The notes under the pieces were generated by a model. It did not search any database, was not told where the DNA came from, and worked only from the letters and a program-made list of their open reading frames with translations. From positions 180,469-244,468 of the forward strand of contig NMRA01000057.1 in the NCBI GenBank assembly GCA_002633005.1: a DNA stretch of 64,000 bases. The letters are read 5' to 3'. The stretch's first letter is position 1. Each line of letters opens with the position of its first letter. A program made the translations under genes and the position numbers. Positions 61,101 to 64,000 of this stretch are shown piece after piece. The stretch comes from Phoronis australis (lineage: Eukaryota > Animalia > Phoronida).

Positions 61101-64000
61101 GTACTTGTTCATCATCTCCACATCAACAGCATGTTGGACAAGTTCTCTCTCATATTTCTGCTGAGCCTAAATAAACCAGTGTTAGACTCAGATTTAATAA
61201 GCCTGTGAACAAGTTCTGCTTCATACCAAGGGCAAGTAAAAGTTCTCCTAGCTATAAGACTATAGACAAATGTTATAAAATTGACAATGATAGTTCTACC
61301 ATGCACTACGAGACTATGCGCTGTAATCATTCAGCCGCTACAGGACTGGACAGGCTTGGTTTGGTTTATAATTGTCCTGGATATCGGAACTGACGCAGGT
61401 GGAAATCAGATTTTTGTTCATAATTATGTCACATCCATGGGAACAATTGGGCACTATGAAATTAAATATTAACTGTTTTCCTGAATTTGATGTTCCAAAG
61501 TATGAGGACGTATGTTTGAATAAAGTAGACCCTCTACTTTCAAGATATGAGAAAATTTTGGCCACTGTATCAAAAGTTGTGATATCCCACCAACGCACCA
61601 AATTAAATAAATCAAATACCCACTAACCAAAATGAGGACAAAAAAGGAGCGAATAAGAAATACAGGCTTAATAGCCTAATAGATCAATTGACCTACACAT
61701 ATTCCAAAATGTATGAGTCAATTCAGAAGGACTATGTCTAGTTTTTCTGCCCTTTTGCAGTTCAAATTTTCAGGTGACATCTGTTATGTTTGATTGTCTC
61801 CTAACTCGAGGGAAGACCCCTATTAGTTGTTACCTTTCTATGTCTCTGGTATGCTTGATCTCCCTAACAGTGACACTGATGTGTTAATAAAAAATATCAC
61901 CAGATCTGCATTGCCGTTGTACAAGAATGTGAATGTAATGTGTATTATCACCATGACAAAACCAAATAAATTGCGACTTGCGACACAACATGGCTCTTCC
62001 AGATTACACAGCGATAGAACTCTCCTTTATCTCGAGGCAAGAAAGTGAGTTGTTTCATTGGCCTCATTTTGGAATGTCAGGCATACTTTCACAGACCACG
62101 TCCGAAAACATCAAGGTGTATGTCCATAGAAATACAGATTTCAACAGTTTTAAAGTGCTGGAATTGTAAAGGTATCATCAATAAAGGGCGTAAATACTGC
62201 ACGATTCGAGTGTTGCTATGTAATTCGGGACAGACCTACTTTAATGGACAAGTGTGTCTTTGAAATGTTTTAAGCACCAATTTTGCGAAGTGTGCTCCTA
62301 AAATTGTCACTATCAAGTAAAGCATTACAAAACCACAGGCATATAAAATGAACCAATGCTTGGTACAAAAATATTTTCAGCACTAACAAAACATCAAAAT
62401 TCCACGTTGTACCAAATTCAGTCAAAAGATTATTACGTTCTAATAAACAAAACTAATGATGGATGAACCAGAAAGACAAAAAACCTGATGCCAACATGAC
62501 AAGAATGAACCCACCTCGGCCGCCATGGATACCAGTCCTTCACAGTCCTTCCTTGCCGACTGTTCAGTGGCTATTGCCTGCTCCTGTCTTTGAACAGCCT
62601 CCTCCAGCTCATTCTGTACCTTGGCTAGCTGTTTACGCAGCTCAGCATTCTACAATGGGACAACACAGGGAGGTATACTTGCCAGAAATCCACACTGGGG
62701 TGACGAAGTAAGAAAATTATGAAAGCAAATAGCGGTCACCATGGTACATTCAACTTCGGGAAGGCAGTAATTACAGATAAATAGTTTAAAGATTGAAGTT
62801 TTCCAACATATAAGTTTTGTTTGGTTTCAAAAATAGATTGTTTGTATTAAGGCAGTGGTACCTATTCTCCAAAACACATTTAACACTCTGTATGCTGTAT
62901 GATTTGACAAACTTTTGAAAATGTCGATACTTAGGTATGAGTCATCACAGAGCAAGAGATCAACATTACAAACCTCATAACGATATTTCCACGATTTTGG
63001 CAAATGTACATTTTGTTTGTTACCGTTCAGAAAATCAGAGTTCACTTACAAGTGCATGGCTCTCCTCAGAGATGCGGATATTTTCACTCAGCAAATGTTG
63101 GTTCTCTTTCTTCAGAGATTCCAGCTGGCTCTCAGACTTCTCAGCATCTGTGAAACAAAGCAGATGGAGAACACTAAATGAATCTGGCACACATCTGACA
63201 CAAGACGTAGGGGACCATAGATTCAAGAAAATACCAGAGACATTAACTGAGGCCTGCCTCAGCAAGATAAAATAAATCAAGAAATGTTAAGGAAAGCTGT
63301 CTGAACCTACTGCCTCTCAACAGTCGTATAACACATTTTGCTTCACCTGTGTTTTGATGGAGGGTAGTTGACGCAGAATATATGGAGTTTCACATTCCAG
63401 AAACACAACAGTCCTTTAAAACCATTCTTTTTCATTTGCACTCATCTCCATCACTGTACACCCCGTTACTGGTGCCAGGCATTGGGTAAATAGGGTGAAG
63501 TAGAAACACCATTCACACTGTATAAAATTCCATATTAAGTTCAAAAACTGAATAGCAAACTAAAATTTTTCAACAAAAACTAATCAGATCACGTTATTAG
63601 CAGTGGTCATCTCATTTGGCCACCTCCACAAACTTTAACAGCAGCTACCCTTCCTTTTACAAAATTGACTAGATATGGCAATGTAGAAAGAAAGCACAAA
63701 TTGGCTGATGCAGCTGACTCACCAAGTTTGGCCTGCTCTACTTGTGACATCATCGTTGACTTGAATTCCTCGCTGACCTGGTTCTGGTCATGTAGGCTTC
63801 GCTCCACGCTCTCTGCGATCGACTTGTACTGCTCCGCATGTTCCTTAAGCTTAGTCACCTGCTCTTGTAGACTGATCACTTCGGCTCGCGCCGCACCCAA
63901 TTGGTCCTGAGTGTCGCGCAGCTCTTCTTGGCTAGAGGGCACAACTGGGGTTGACGCGTCGGATGAGCTTGGCTCAGATGGCTGACCGATGCGTGACAGT
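37135..64000 (-). CDS. TPR: Nucleoprotein TPR (Megator/Mlp1-like nuclear basket protein), 3' portion; gene continues beyond the window end
   Basis: 30 minus-strand exons with GT-AG sites and consistent phases: >64000-63723, 63147-63050, 62649-62515, 61166-61092, 60761-60684, 59720-59610, 58178-58075, 55705-55558, 55126-54989, 54617-54433, 53417-53313, 52974-52891, 52371-52293, 51784-51668, 50714-50363, 50137-49983, 49610-49537, 49065-48848, 48618-48535, 48027-47867, 45954-45886, 44846-44580, 44112-44008, 43097-42795, 42034-41934, 40938-40856, 40497-40233, 38970-38900, 37931-37806, 37448-37135. Diagnostic TPR motifs: AQQKYERELVQHA, EQLLEVIKFLRREKDI, LLKEEIERWKKR, LRKVGRKYRTQYE, PPTANIRP, VPSTPTLFLPRRSDGFAEAV, LAQLASQG, GRSVPTTP, acidic tail and RG-rich C-terminus. 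Confidence 0.96.
40934..41059. repeat. 42 bp x3 tandem repeat overlapping a TPR 3' splice site
   Basis: GAGAGCTACAACATAACACAACACAATATTAC(A/G)AATAAGAAA repeated three times. Confidence 0.9.
43103..43156. repeat. 22 bp x2.5 tandem repeat next to a TPR acceptor
   Basis: AAAGGTGAAAGGTCATGAATA(C/T) repeated. Confidence 0.75.
45270..45620 (+). mobile_element. Interspersed DNA-transposon remnant ending in ...TAACC-TTAA (Kolobok/piggyBac-like); related copies at 17460-17880 and, inverted, at 51947-52150
   Basis: Shared blocks TTTTCATAAAAATC...CCTATTTTTG...CCTCATGCAAAAGT...TTCCTAA...GCCAAATTTG.ACATTT.CTA...CCTA..TAACC. Confidence 0.55.
46673..47762 (+). mobile_element. Helentron-associated (HINE/DINE-1/Pearl-like) non-autonomous element with internal ~150 bp core repeats
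   Basis: Repeated cores (AAAATTGCCACTAGGGGGC...CCAAATTTCATGAA...GAGATA), (GGAC)n microsatellite at 47689-47712, and a 3' stem-loop ATGCGTCCACATA-taaa-TATGTGGGCGCAT at 47728-47757 followed by an A-rich end. Confidence 0.75.
55336..55400 (-). mobile_element. tRNA-derived SINE head, family B (related fragment at 23862-23918)
   Basis: Reverse complement GTGGCTCAGTGGCTCAAGCGTCTGCACGGTGAGCAGAAGGTCCTGGATTCTCGTCCTGG has A- and B-box-like motifs; shares CCGTGCAGACGCT with 23862-23918. Confidence 0.55.
55842..57376. repeat. Tandem 767 bp duplication (55842-56608 / 56610-57376) flanking an N, probable assembly artefact
   Basis: Near-identical copies meet at N 56609; this explains the duplicated ORFs in the track. 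Confidence 0.85.
55877..56068. mobile_element. MITE (~190 bp) with ~47 bp TIRs; duplicated at 56645-56836
   Basis: TTATACAGGAACATAGAAT...AAGTCT..GAGGTTC.CAATC is the inverted match of GATTG.GAACCTC..AGACTT...ATTCTATGTTCCTGTGTAA. Confidence 0.7.
57139..57812. mobile_element. MITE/foldback with ~210 bp diverged TIRs in a TPR intron
   Basis: GTTATCTAGGACCTTAAT...AGCAAAATAACCCCCCA (57139-57348) is the inverted match of TGGGGAGTTATTTTGCT...ATTAAGGTCCTAGATAAC (57593-57811). Confidence 0.7.
59366..59459. repeat. 94-nt near-perfect hairpin (mini-MITE or RNA hairpin) in a TPR intron
   Basis: TCTGATATAACGTGCCC.ATTTTGAGAACC pairs with GGTTCTCAAAAT.GGGCACGTTATATCAGA. Confidence 0.75.

Noticed and set aside
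61205-62263. Cluster of short plus-strand ORFs in a TPR intron (possible nested gene)
   Set aside because: No recognisable homology or coherent exon chain; mostly GTG/TTG starts.

Overview
Eukaryotic, intron-rich invertebrate animal DNA; a lophotrochozoan or mollusc origin is my guess from the repeat landscape only. Three spliced genes were reconstructed by hand with GT-AG sites and consistent exon phases. (1) ATRAID/APR-3, minus strand, 7 exons, 30320 to 18744, 234 aa; it is almost invisible in the ORF track. (2) Tektin-2/tektin-B1 (TEKT2), plus strand, 5 coding exons, 31156-35049, 422 aa, head-to-head with ATRAID across a short shared promoter with RFX X-box-like motifs. (3) The 3' part of nucleoprotein TPR/Megator, minus strand, 30 exons from beyond 64000 to 37135, tail-to-tail with TEKT2. 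The first ~16 kb has no recognisable host CDS. It holds a decayed RNase H-bearing LINE (LOA/R1-like), tRNA-derived SINEs, MITEs and candidate cis-regulatory clusters. ATRAID intron 1 holds a three-level transposon nest: a TA-TSD element inserted into a copy of itself, inside the arm of a Mutator-like foldback element with a 9-bp TSD. Three near-identical tandem duplications flank single-N gaps and are probably haplotype assembly artefacts. No prokaryotic-type system or CRISPR array is present, and no novel system can be firmly claimed.
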